NCBI GenBank assembly: GCA_035480055.1
Contig: DATIIB010000008.1
Coordinates: 704 to 64,703, forward strand
Length of the DNA stretch: 64,000 nt
Origin: Candidatus Saccharimonadales bacterium
GTDB taxonomy: Bacteria; Patescibacteriota; Saccharimonadia; Saccharimonadales; DASZAF01
Reading direction: 5' to 3'
Shown here piece after piece: positions 24,411 to 34,045 of the stretch. Positions within the stretch are counted from its first letter, which is position 1. Every line of letters starts with the position of its first letter. Below the pieces are notes generated by a model. The model was not told the DNA's origin. It worked only from the letters and a program-made list of their open reading frames with translations, and ran no database searches. The translations under genes were made by a program, and so were the position numbers.

Positions 24411-26195
24411 TTATGCACTATTGGCGGCAACTCGGTTTACTTCCTCGAGGGTTGTAAGCCCTTGCAGCGCCTTAAGATATCCATCCTGACGCATGGGAAT
24501 CATCCCTTGCTCGATCGCTTTGTTTTGGATTTCGGTGCTGGTGGCATGCTTGATGATCATTTGCTGGATCTCTTCAGAGATTTCCATAACCTCGTACAAA
24601 CCAACGCGCCCCTTATACCCTCCAGGTGCTTGGACAGAATCTTTGCCCTTAACCAAAGTATAAGCGGTTTGGGTACCGAGCGGCAAGTCTTTAAAGCCTA
24701 AATCTTGCGCATATCTGGCTACATCGGCTTTGGTCTTGGGGAGCAGGTTGCCAATTGTGTCATGAATTGATTGCGCTTCGATGGGCGTGGAGCTATATGT
24801 TTCCTTTTCCTCACTCACCCGCCGCACCAAACGTTGCCCAATCACGGTTACTACTGTGGAAGCAATCAAGAATGGCTCAATGCCCATGTCGAGCAGTCGA
24901 GGTAGCACGCCAGCTGCCGAGTTCGTGTGCAGGGTTGAGAGTACCAAGTGCCCGGTTAAAGCCGCTTGAACCGCTAGGTCAGCTGTTTCTTTGTCACGAA
25001 TCTCTCCTACCAACACCACGTCGGGGTCTTGGCGCAAGATCGAACGCAGCCCAGTTGCAAATGTAAGCCCCACATCAGGGTTCACCTGGATCTGGTTGAC
25101 GCCGTCCATCTTATACTCAACTGGGTCTTCGAGCGTCACAATATTTATCGCGTCGCTCTTGATCTCCTGAATCAACGCGTAGAGCGAAGTCGACTTACCA
25201 GAGCCGGTTGGACCACTCGTCAGGATCATACCGTTCGGTTTTTTGATACCGCGACGTATTGTCCGCAAGGCGCGCCCCGCATAGCCCATATCTTCAAGCT
25301 TAAAGCTCACTCCGGTCTTGTCGAGCAAACGAATAATCACCTGCTCGCCCCACACCACTGGTGAAACTGCGATACGTAGGTCAACGTCCTTGTTGGCAAC
25401 ATGAATCGCAAACTGGCCGTCTTGCGGCACACGGTGTTCGTCAATTTTGAGGTTAGATAAAATCTTGACTCGCGAGACCAAGGCTGGCTCGATCGATTTT
25501 GGCAGCCGCATAATTTCGCGTAACACACCATCGATCCGGCACCGAATCTTGAGCGCATTCTCGAGTGGTTCAATGTGCACGTCTGAGGCTCGGGCCCGCA
25601 CGGCATATTCCAACACCGTGCTGAGCGCCCGGCTGATTGGCGAGTCCTGCACAATCGTTTTAATGTCGCCAGAGGGATGCTTAATACCTAGCTCGGCTTT
25701 TTGTTCAGCAGCCACGGCCGTAACCGCCTCGCTGACGCCTTGCTCAAGGTCGGTGTGGTATTGGTCAAGAACGTGGCGAATACCTTCTTCGGAAGCCATG
25801 TAGACCTTGAGCGGTCGGCCGATCTTGTTAGCCAAATAGTCGACCGCCTGCACATTGCTGGCATCGAGCATCGCAACTGCCAAGCGATTTTGCATTTCGC
25901 CAAGCGGGACAGCCATAAAGTGCTCGGCAATGTCACGCGGCAGGAGCTCAAGCACATTTTGGCTTACCGTTGCCTCGCTCAAGTTCACGTACGGCACGCC
26001 GGTCACCTTGCCCAGGCACTGCGTCAGCCGTTCATTGGTAATGAGCTTATGTTCAACAAGATAGCTAATAAAGGGCTTGCCAGCCTTAGTGGCCGCAGCT
26101 TTATGCTTTTTAAGATCCTCACCGGTAAAAAGTTTGTCGTCTAAGAGGACCTGTTCAAACTTTTTCTGATGGGCTTCGTCGAAGACAACACTCAA
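24411..26195 (-). CDS. pilB: type IV pilus assembly ATPase (GspE/PilB family)
   Basis: N-terminal GSPII domains, GPTGSGKSTS, TLEDPVE, GEIRD, TGHLVLSTLHT. Confidence 0.9.
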   Translation of the reverse strand: MSVVFDEAHQKKFEQVLLDDKLFTGEDLKKHKAAATKAGKPFISYLVEHKLITNERLTQCLGKVTGVPYVNLSEATVSQNVLELLPRDIAEHFMAVPLGEMQNRLAVAMLDASNVQAVDYLANKIGRPLKVYMASEEGIRHVLDQYHTDLEQGVSEAVTAVAAEQKAELGIKHPSGDIKTIVQDSPISRALSTVLEYAVRARASDVHIEPLENALKIRCRIDGVLREIMRLPKSIEPALVSRVKILSNLKIDEHRVPQDGQFAIHVANKDVDLRIAVSPVVWGEQVIIRLLDKTGVSFKLEDMGYAGRALRTIRRGIKKPNGMILTSGPTGSGKSTSLYALIQEIKSDAINIVTLEDPVEYKMDGVNQIQVNPDVGLTFATGLRSILRQDPDVVLVGEIRDKETADLAVQAALTGHLVLSTLHTNSAAGVLPRLLDMGIEPFLIASTVVTVIGQRLVRRVSEEKETYSSTPIEAQSIHDTIGNLLPKTKADVARYAQDLGFKDLPLGTQTAYTLVKGKDSVQAPGGYKGRVGLYEVMEISEEIQQMIIKHATSTEIQNKAIEQGMIPMRQDGYLKALQGLTTLEEVNRVAANSA

Positions 26196-26214
26196 GATTT
26201 ACCTCACAAGCCTC

Positions 26215-26457
26215 TTAGTTGCTAAAAGGCTGCTCTTTATTAGAGTTACCAATATTGATTGCCTCGGTTGGGTTGACGGCAGAATCGTTAAAGATTGCCG
26301 GGCTCGGAGGGGTAAAGGAAGCGCTAATCGGTTGCACAACCTCCACTTTGGTTGGCTTGCTGGTTGGTGTCCCAATCAATGCTTTGCCAATAAAGAATGA
26401 CACAACGAGAGTGATGGAGACTATCAAAACGATCAATGCGATATCGTTCTTTTTCAT
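26215..26457 (-). CDS. small single-pass membrane protein in the pilMNO operon (PilP-position)
   Basis: N-terminal TM IALIVLIVSITLVVSFFIG, Pro/Thr-rich tail; 1-nt gap after the pilO-like gene. Confidence 0.5.
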   Translation of the reverse strand: MKKNDIALIVLIVSITLVVSFFIGKALIGTPTSKPTKVEVVQPISASFTPPSPAIFNDSAVNPTEAINIGNSNKEQPFSN

Positions 26458-26458
26458 C

Positions 26459-27103
26459 TTACTTCACCTCCTTAGTAGTGATGCCTATTTCGCGAGTGGG
26501 TTGGAAGTAGGTCACTACACTGATTTCTGCTTTCATGTCTTGATCTGAACCATTAAGGGTCAGTGCGGTTACTTTCATGGGGCGGATGGTGTGTTCAAGG
26601 TCGCTGATAAAGTTCCGCACTTTGCCATAGTCCCCTTCTACGGTGACCGTAAAGGGCATCTCTACCGGTTTAGGATCAACTGCTTTCTCGGCCACTTGAC
26701 CCTCTTGATCTACAGAGGTAAGTGATTCAATGGATAAACTATTACGTTTAACCAGTGACTCAATGGAGGTGCGCAGCGCTGGGTTGTCGTAGTCGCCAGG
26801 AAGTGCATCAAGGATGGTCTGAGAATTGGCTAAACTCTTTGGATCCTCAATATCTTTGAACTTATCCTCAAGTCCTTTGGCGTTGATAACATTCTGCTTG
26901 AGCGTATCGCGAGCGATCTTCTTCTCTTTGTAGACATGGTCGTTATAAGACTTCTGCTTGAGCAGGAAGTTCCCCATGACAAGTGCGAACGACATCACTA
27001 TGGAGGCGATAACCACCACAACCAGAATGGTCGAATTGGCTTGTTGAATTTTTTCTCGCTTACCGAGGTTAAGATTCAGGACTTTTGCGACTGGGCGTTT
27101 CAT
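26459..27103 (-). CDS. pilO: PilO-like pilus assembly protein
   Basis: Single TM, coiled-coil, then alpha/beta domain; position after pilN; ATGA overlap. Confidence 0.6.
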   Translation of the reverse strand: MKRPVAKVLNLNLGKREKIQQANSTILVVVVIASIVMSFALVMGNFLLKQKSYNDHVYKEKKIARDTLKQNVINAKGLEDKFKDIEDPKSLANSQTILDALPGDYDNPALRTSIESLVKRNSLSIESLTSVDQEGQVAEKAVDPKPVEMPFTVTVEGDYGKVRNFISDLEHTIRPMKVTALTLNGSDQDMKAEISVVTYFQPTREIGITTKEVK

Positions 27104-27819
27104 TTGGCGCTCCCCTGTGGTTGAGTGCTGCTTTCAGCGCTGCCATTAAACAGATTGTTGGTTTTTATAAATCCTTGACCCGTAGTGACTGCTGGCACCT
27201 GCATGACTGGATTTTCTGATTTTGCGTCAAAGATGAGTGGATCGAACTTCACGGTCACGATAAATTCAATGCCCGGCTTTTGTGGATCACTCGACTTGCC
27301 TGCTGAGTTGATGGTGACATCTTTGAAAGGACTTATCGTGGTGCGATGGTCGGCAGATCCATACGCCAGCTGTGCGTTCTTAAAGGTGTCTACAAAGACG
27401 TTGAGCGACTTGTAATCGGTACTAAAGCCATTGATTTTAATGGTGTTACCAGCGGTGTGCGCCAGGTCTACCTTGGTGAGCGAAACATCGTTTGGCACCA
27501 GAACCTTCAGATAGTCAAAGAGGTGTGAATTAATATACTTTTGCTGGTGCAAAGATGGCAAGGTCGCTAATGCATCTTGTACAGTGAGAATCTTGTTAAT
27601 GTCGCTTAGACCAGACAACTCAGTGCTGCTCTTGTTGATGTCGTTCTGGAGCTGGTTGCGCGCCAAGCGCTGCGCACCGTGCACATACAGGGCGAGCAAG
27701 AGGACCAATGCACCAGCCACAATTGAAGCCAAGATGGATAACGTAATAATATTGCGCTTCATGCGCTGGGATTTGAGGTACTCTTTTTTGACGTCAGGAA
27801 GTAAGTTTAACTGAATCAT
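27100..27819 (-). CDS. pilN: PilN-like fimbrial assembly protein
   Basis: MIQLNLLPDVKKEY... followed by TM; ATGA overlap with pilM. Confidence 0.7.
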   Translation of the reverse strand: MIQLNLLPDVKKEYLKSQRMKRNIITLSILASIVAGALVLLLALYVHGAQRLARNQLQNDINKSSTELSGLSDINKILTVQDALATLPSLHQQKYINSHLFDYLKVLVPNDVSLTKVDLAHTAGNTIKINGFSTDYKSLNVFVDTFKNAQLAYGSADHRTTISPFKDVTINSAGKSSDPQKPGIEFIVTVKFDPLIFDAKSENPVMQVPAVTTGQGFIKTNNLFNGSAESSTQPQGSAK

Positions 27820-28856
27820 GCTGCGCGCTCCGCTAAGCCGACAACTACCCCAAAGGTGTTGGCAACCTTCATCAATTCATCTTGCATGCCGCTCGGGTAG
27901 CTGACGTTTTGCCAGGCGTTACCAATAACTACAGGGAAATCAGATTTTTTGGTAATGTATTCGCCAAAGCCAGGCAGTTGCGAAGCCGCACCGGACAGAA
28001 TGACATTCTTGATCTGCTTATCGGCATAGCGAGTCTGGAAGAACTTGATAGACTTTTCGAACTCGGTGTAAAGCTGTTCGACAGTTGACTCTACCGCGCG
28101 GTAGATCTGTCCCTCAAGCTTGTCTGGGTAGAGTCCAAACTTAAAGATAAACTGCTGCGCTTGGCTCTCATCGATGTTGAGGTTTTGCATTGCCGCTTTA
28201 ATGAACGACCTTCCGCCAACCGGAATCGAACGAACCAGCCGTGGCTTGCCGTCAAGAACTGCCACAATGTCGGTGGCATAATCACCAAGATCGAGAATAA
28301 CCATAGCATCGGCATTGTTAACCGGGACCAGGGAACGAACCAGCGCTAAAGCGTCGGGCTCGATAGCCACCACGTTGAAGCCGAGATTTTCGAGCAGCTC
28401 AAGGCGTTGCTCACTAAACTTATTGGTCACACCCGCCAGCAGCACTTCATCCTTTTGAGGATCGCGTGGTGAATTACCAAGTACAGCCCAGTCCACTTTG
28501 GCTTCGTCGCTCGCCATTGGAATGTACTGATCTGCTTGGTATTTAATGGTGTTGGCTAACTCTTGTGGCGATAACTTTGGAAGATCCACCACAGTTGCAA
28601 ACATTTTGGTTGAGGGAATACCGAGCACCACATTGCGAGTGTTCATTCCGACATGAGTGACTAGCGCCATAATAGCGTCACCCAAACGGCGACGGTCTTC
28701 GGTGGAGTCGCTCATCGCCACTTTTACATCGATCGGCGCAGCGCCATATCGAACGAGTGACCAGTTATGGCCACTTTTATGGAGCTGTACCACCCGGAGA
28801 GCAGTCGCGCCAATATCAAGCGCAAAGAAATCGCCAACAGCGTCAAATAGTTTCAT
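27816..28856 (-). CDS. pilM: type IV pilus assembly protein PilM (actin-like ATPase fold)
   Basis: FFALDIGATALRVVQL..., ILDLGDYATDI; start set to MKLFDAV (28856). Confidence 0.85.
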   Translation of the reverse strand: MKLFDAVGDFFALDIGATALRVVQLHKSGHNWSLVRYGAAPIDVKVAMSDSTEDRRRLGDAIMALVTHVGMNTRNVVLGIPSTKMFATVVDLPKLSPQELANTIKYQADQYIPMASDEAKVDWAVLGNSPRDPQKDEVLLAGVTNKFSEQRLELLENLGFNVVAIEPDALALVRSLVPVNNADAMVILDLGDYATDIVAVLDGKPRLVRSIPVGGRSFIKAAMQNLNIDESQAQQFIFKFGLYPDKLEGQIYRAVESTVEQLYTEFEKSIKFFQTRYADKQIKNVILSGAASQLPGFGEYITKKSDFPVVIGNAWQNVSYPSGMQDELMKVANTFGVVVGLAERAA

Positions 28857-28924
28857 CCTGACTAAATTGTAGCATAAGCTTTTTATTTGTGAATGCGCTT
28901 TTTCGTCGCGCCTCAAGGAAAGTC

Positions 28925-29830
28925 TTAATAAATTGGTGGTAACTCTTTGGTATCTTGGATTGTGGCAGCACCAGTTGCGCTTCCAGCTAAAGGAGTCGTC
29001 AGATACAGGCCCATATCAAACTGCACCGATTCCGCATACGGCTGCCCTGGCGCGGCCGAACCATGGGTTCGCTGCCAATAGATCTTATCGGCCAGGAACG
29101 CGCCGTAGACGTCTAAGGAGCTGTCACAGACCCCAGCATGCAATGGGTTATACGTGGTATCAGTGCCGGTACGGACACAGGTCTGTATTTTTCCAGGTGT
29201 CGCCGCTGTTCCTTCAGCAACATAGAGTCCGTTAATGCTGGTCACATTTTCTTGAATGTTAACATCCCCTTGAGCAACAACCCATAACGAGGAGATATCG
29301 CTCGCTACACCATACGTATTGGCGTAATCAATCTTGCCGGTAATACGAACAGTTCCATTAACCAGCAGTACCACCTGCGTCCCCTTTGGTATGGTGCCCG
29401 CCCCAATTGTGAGCGGTCCGTTGGCAAAGTACTTGAGTTTGCCAGCATTGGCGGGAATACCACCTATTCCTGGCCACGGCAATACTGCCTGGCCGTTCGC
29501 ATTGATGGCGCTGTAATAATTGGCAATGCAATGCGTTGGCGCACCGAGCGCTCCAAGTGTGGGACTATTTGCAAAGGTTAAGCCCGACCCAGACGGATTT
29601 CTGCCCGACCCGAAGTCGACAATCGGCCCAAGCGCCATCACGCCATACTCGCCCACTGCGCCAGTACTCCCTGATACCCAAGAGCTAATTCCAGACAAAC
29701 GCGCGGCGCCACCAGCGCAGCGATTACTGGCGTAATCAAATCGGCTCCCTGCCCAGACATCGTTGTTGAGCACCGTAAGGTATGGTCGTTTGACAATAAC
29801 CGTACACGCCTCCGAAGGATTACCGGTCAC
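28925..29830 (-). repeat. paralogous C-terminal-domain coding segment, copy 1
   Basis: Last 11 codons encode the same peptide as copy 2; 29067-29113 nearly identical to 31806-31852. Confidence 0.6.
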
Positions 29831-31039
29831 CACAGCGGCCGGGTCAGACGGATTAAAGAGCGTCAGCCGTTCGCAGATATGAGCTCCGGCATCGGTGTCT
29901 GCAGAGGTAAACTTGTTAGTCTGAATACCTCCAATAGTGATTGGAAATTGCCCGTCGCCGGTGTAGTTGGTGTTACCGATTTGTGGTAATCCTGTAGGAA
30001 CGCCATTACGGTACCGCTGAATAAGATAGTCGACCGTGTAACTTCCCCCGCTAAAACTCGAGGCATTGACGTAATGCGTAAAGGTTGCCGTATCTGGATA
30101 GCCCATCTTGGGTTTATCAACGGTCGAAGATGGCGACAGCTTTCCGGGCGCCTTAATCGTAAAGGTAAATGGATAGCTGGTAGTGCGGTGCTCACAGAGG
30201 TCATAGCGACCATAAGGAACATTCGCTCCATCACCGTTGGATTTAAGCGTACAGCGGCTTGTACCACTCGAGCCGTAGTCGTGATAGGTCTGGATGGTAG
30301 AATATTCGAATTCAATAGTAACCCGGTAGGTGCCAGGCGCCAAGCCAGAAGGCACTTTATACGTAAAATTAACCGGCGGCGCGCTCCAATAACGACTATT
30401 CTGATCGCGGTCATAGCCTAAGATTTTGCCAACCGGCTCGTTGGTGACCGTCCCTGGCCCTCTAGTAACTGCCACATTATAAATTTTGGAATTTGATTCA
30501 TAGCGCGATGCCTGGTTAATACCTGAAGCATTATCTGGCACAGGGTCACGATCGTTGGGATAATTATTGTTAGTAACTTTATGGTCGTTATGAATAGCAA
30601 AGCCTGTGGGGTTCATGGTAACAATAGCGCACAAGAACACCAGGTCGTTGATCTGCATAGCGACCGACTGGCCGGGTGTCACTGGAGGATTGTTGATGTT
30701 CTGGGCATCACCCCGACGCGACAACCAGACATCCTGGTAGTAGGCCGACGCGTTAACCACTTGCCGCTTCTCAAAGTCATTACCATGCGGCATCGATCTG
30801 ACATTGGAATTAAAGGTGTCTGTACAATCATTTTCCCAACTCACCACTTGCGGTTTGGCTGAGCCATCGCTTTTGTTTTGCCACTCCACATGATCATTTA
30901 CCCATGCGGCGTTGTGCTGAGCCTGAGTGCGCAAACTTGGCACAAACGAAACCAGCATCGCCGTCACGACAACCAAAGCGACACCGTACGCAGAGCGTAA
31001 CCGCCAAGTAGCTTTGTGGTTGTACAAAATATTTTTCAT
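28925..31039 (-). CDS. large secreted protein, paralog 1 (variable N-terminal beta-rich region + conserved ~300-aa C-terminal domain)
   Basis: Signal/anchor VALVVVTAMLVSFVPSLRTQAQ; C-terminal region aligns by eye with ORF 31667-34045; ends IQDTKELPPIY. Confidence 0.7.
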   Translation of the reverse strand: MKNILYNHKATWRLRSAYGVALVVVTAMLVSFVPSLRTQAQHNAAWVNDHVEWQNKSDGSAKPQVVSWENDCTDTFNSNVRSMPHGNDFEKRQVVNASAYYQDVWLSRRGDAQNINNPPVTPGQSVAMQINDLVFLCAIVTMNPTGFAIHNDHKVTNNNYPNDRDPVPDNASGINQASRYESNSKIYNVAVTRGPGTVTNEPVGKILGYDRDQNSRYWSAPPVNFTYKVPSGLAPGTYRVTIEFEYSTIQTYHDYGSSGTSRCTLKSNGDGANVPYGRYDLCEHRTTSYPFTFTIKAPGKLSPSSTVDKPKMGYPDTATFTHYVNASSFSGGSYTVDYLIQRYRNGVPTGLPQIGNTNYTGDGQFPITIGGIQTNKFTSADTDAGAHICERLTLFNPSDPAAVVTGNPSEACTVIVKRPYLTVLNNDVWAGSRFDYASNRCAGGAARLSGISSWVSGSTGAVGEYGVMALGPIVDFGSGRNPSGSGLTFANSPTLGALGAPTHCIANYYSAINANGQAVLPWPGIGGIPANAGKLKYFANGPLTIGAGTIPKGTQVVLLVNGTVRITGKIDYANTYGVASDISSLWVVAQGDVNIQENVTSINGLYVAEGTAATPGKIQTCVRTGTDTTYNPLHAGVCDSSLDVYGAFLADKIYWQRTHGSAAPGQPYAESVQFDMGLYLTTPLAGSATGAATIQDTKELPPIY

Positions 31040-31590
31040 ATCGTTGGGTCTATACTTCCGTGCGCGTTATTTTCTACCCCTTGCATGAAGTCAAACTGCT
31101 TTTGCAGATTGCTAATGCTGGCTTTGCCGTCATCCAAACTCTTGCTAAAAACAAACTTGGGGTACTTTGACCGAAGAGTAGCAATGGTCGTCTTGGCGGT
31201 CGTTAGGTCACTTGAGATAATCTGATACTGCGCAACGATGTATAAGCAATTGGGATCGTGGATGTAGTCCTGGTTGCCTTTAATCTGGTCCACCAGCTCC
31301 CCAAAGGTCGTTAGATTACTGGATTTATTCTGCTCATTCCCCTGCTTGGTCACTGAATCACTGCAGACGACAGTTACCGGCGCTGGCCGATGCGCACGGT
31401 ACACCAAATAGCCGGCGATTGCTCCGCCAACCAGGAGCACCACGACGCCCACCAGTCCAATACATTTCCGCCACAAAGAACCAGAGCGCGCCCTGTGCTT
31501 TGCGCTCCCCCCTATCATCTTTTCGGAAATTCCATCTTCCGCTTGCGGGGTAGCAGCGCTTTTTGGTTTATTCTCACCCATTATTTTCAT
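31036..31590 (-). CDS. single-pass membrane protein, partner of paralog 1
   Basis: Basic cytoplasmic tail, TM IGLVGVVVLLVGGAIAGYLVY, ~120-aa ectodomain; ATGA overlap with downstream large gene. Confidence 0.55.
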   Translation of the reverse strand: MKIMGENKPKSAATPQAEDGISEKMIGGSAKHRARSGSLWRKCIGLVGVVVLLVGGAIAGYLVYRAHRPAPVTVVCSDSVTKQGNEQNKSSNLTTFGELVDQIKGNQDYIHDPNCLYIVAQYQIISSDLTTAKTTIATLRSKYPKFVFSKSLDDGKASISNLQKQFDFMQGVENNAHGSIDPTI

Positions 31591-31666
31591 CGCTTTTAAG
31601 CATTAGCTTGATCTGATGATAGCATGGACGGCATGGTGCCACAACCATCGAAGGCTGATCATCGCA

Positions 31667-32570
31667 TCAATAAATTGGTGGTAATTCTTTAGTATCTTGG
31701 ATCTGCGGTGTACTGAGGGCAGGACTATACGGCGAGGTCAGATACAGGCCAGGATCAAACTGCACCGACTCGGCATATGTCTGGCCAGATACTGCCGTTC
31801 CACGCGTTCGCTGCCAGTAGATCTTGTCAGCCAGGAACGCGCCGTAGACGTCGAGGCCATTGGTATTACACACGTTAGCTGTGAGTGGATTGTATGTGAC
31901 CGGCGGTGTGGTGCCTGTTTTGGTGCAGGTTTGGATAATCCCGGGATTAGCCGAGGTACCTTCTGCGACATACAGCCCGCTGAGGTTCTTTACCGTTTCT
32001 TGAATGTAAATATTCCCCTTGGCGATAATCCATAACGACGACATATCACTCAACGATGCATAACTTCCCGAGTAAGCGATGTCGCCCTGAATATACACAT
32101 CTCCATTCACCACCAACGCAACCTGCGTCCCCTTGGGCACCGTATTGGTTCCGGCGCTGATAGTCACTGGGCCGGTGGCAAAATACTTCTTTTGACCGGC
32201 ACTGGTGGGCAAACTGGCAAAGCCTGGCCAGGCCGCACCCGAAGTGCCAACGGTCGTGTAATAATCCGGGATGCAGTGCGTGGCTGCACCCAGACTGCCA
32301 TTGGACGGCGAATTAGCAAACGTGAGTCCATTTCCCCCAGGTTGATTCGCCGAGCCAACTTCGGTAATCGCCCCAAGTGCCAACACGCCATACTCCCCCA
32401 CTGCACCCGCACCATTTGTCACCCAAGAGGAAATGCCTGAAGCCCGAGCCGCCAGTCCGCTACAGCTGTTGTCGCTATAGTCAAAACTGCTTCCCGCCCA
32501 CACATCATTGCCGCCAACGACAAAGTAAGGATGCCCGACTATCTTTACGCAGTACGTCGCAGTTTGATCT
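31667..32570 (-). repeat. paralogous C-terminal-domain coding segment, copy 2
   Basis: See copy 1; extent approximate. Confidence 0.6.
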
Positions 32571-34045
32571 GCAGCACTGGCAAAGTAGGTTGGGGCAGAC
32601 GGCGAAGTGATGGTAATTGTTTCGCAGACCTTCGAGCCCGGACTGGTTGCGGTTGGCGCACTATAATTATTAGTATCGAGTGTCACGGTGCCATTGGCCG
32701 ATATCGGAATGTTCGTATTGCCATTTTTGGTACAAGCCGGGTTGCTGGTGCTGCTTTGGGAGCCATCGGGGTTATAGACGTTTTGTACAATCGTGCAAGT
32801 GGCGCTAAAAGTACCCTGATACTGCGAGGTGGTAATTGAGGGCGTAAAGGTGGTCGTTCCGCCTGGACTAATCGTGGCCGGCGAGGCGCTCATGCCGGCT
32901 TTCATTTGGGAGGTTTTTTGGCAAGCCTGGTAATAGTAGATGCCGTCATAAGGCAACGCGGTTTGCAAAGTGTTGTCATAATACACTTCGTAAAGGTTAA
33001 ACTTATAGACATCGTCTCGGTTAAAGGTGTAGTACAAGCGAATGCGTTTTTTGCTAGCTGTGGTGTACACATATTCATAGCGTTTACCGCCGGAGCTGAC
33101 CATCTGCCATCCACCGCTGGAGTTAGTTGTTGGAGAGGTATGGTTCGCACTGTTCCATGTTACAGAATCAGGATAGACATAGCGGAGGAAGTTACCGCTC
33201 CGATCATACTCCAGCAGCTTCACCCAAAACGGTTGCGGTTGGACATCCAAGTTGGTGCCATCATTGTCATCGTCATACAGTTCAACATAGTTGCTCACGG
33301 TAGAGGTGGTCACCGAGCAATCTGGTCCAAATGGCAAGCCCCAAATGGAGTAATCCTTATACGGATCTGCTGGGTTAGTGGACAAAGGGTTATTTCCAGC
33401 AGGAATTGGGAATGACTGCTGCATCCCGAATGATGCCGCATCAACTGCTGCGTTAGTAGAGATATAACCGCCCGTGGGAGCTTTAACTCGAAAAGTATCG
33501 ATAAAGCTGCCGTTCGCCAAAGCGCTAACCGTAAGTGTATACGGATACATACCTGTATTCGCATCTTTGGTGGACCCAGACACATTAAATGTAAGCGTGT
33601 TGTCCCAACAACCGGTGTTGCCGTTCCATGTTCCGGTCTTGTTAATTGCCCCGCCGCCCGAAGAGTTGGTCAGCTGAAAAGTAACTGCCGCAGTCGAGCT
33701 CGAACCAAGAGTGAACTTCTGATCGTACGTATTGGTTGCGGTTCCTTTTTGGGTATCGTTGTAGCAAATATCGTAGTCATCAATTGTAATTGCACCTGTA
33801 GCACTGGGAAGATATATGCGGATGTTAGTCTGCGTAATGTCAGTTGAGGGATCTTGCGATACCACGAATTTTACATCGCGGCCCGCTCCTGTGTAGGAGT
33901 TACCATACAAATTTCCCTCGGTAAAAAAATCCGGGTCAGGACCCCAGTTGGGAGAAGCGCTCGCACTGCGCGAAAACAACAGCGGCAGCACTACGACTCC
34001 TAAAAGCAAGCCTGCACCCAGCCACACCCGTCGCTTCATCCTCAT
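31667..34045 (-). CDS. large secreted protein, paralog 2
   Basis: Signal peptide MRMKRRVWLGAGLLLGVVVLPLLFSRSASAS; S/T/N/G-rich beta-type N-terminal region; same C-terminal domain and IQDTKELPPIY end. Confidence 0.7.
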   Translation of the reverse strand: MRMKRRVWLGAGLLLGVVVLPLLFSRSASASPNWGPDPDFFTEGNLYGNSYTGAGRDVKFVVSQDPSTDITQTNIRIYLPSATGAITIDDYDICYNDTQKGTATNTYDQKFTLGSSSTAAVTFQLTNSSGGGAINKTGTWNGNTGCWDNTLTFNVSGSTKDANTGMYPYTLTVSALANGSFIDTFRVKAPTGGYISTNAAVDAASFGMQQSFPIPAGNNPLSTNPADPYKDYSIWGLPFGPDCSVTTSTVSNYVELYDDDNDGTNLDVQPQPFWVKLLEYDRSGNFLRYVYPDSVTWNSANHTSPTTNSSGGWQMVSSGGKRYEYVYTTASKKRIRLYYTFNRDDVYKFNLYEVYYDNTLQTALPYDGIYYYQACQKTSQMKAGMSASPATISPGGTTTFTPSITTSQYQGTFSATCTIVQNVYNPDGSQSSTSNPACTKNGNTNIPISANGTVTLDTNNYSAPTATSPGSKVCETITITSPSAPTYFASAADQTATYCVKIVGHPYFVVGGNDVWAGSSFDYSDNSCSGLAARASGISSWVTNGAGAVGEYGVLALGAITEVGSANQPGGNGLTFANSPSNGSLGAATHCIPDYYTTVGTSGAAWPGFASLPTSAGQKKYFATGPVTISAGTNTVPKGTQVALVVNGDVYIQGDIAYSGSYASLSDMSSLWIIAKGNIYIQETVKNLSGLYVAEGTSANPGIIQTCTKTGTTPPVTYNPLTANVCNTNGLDVYGAFLADKIYWQRTRGTAVSGQTYAESVQFDPGLYLTSPYSPALSTPQIQDTKELPPIY

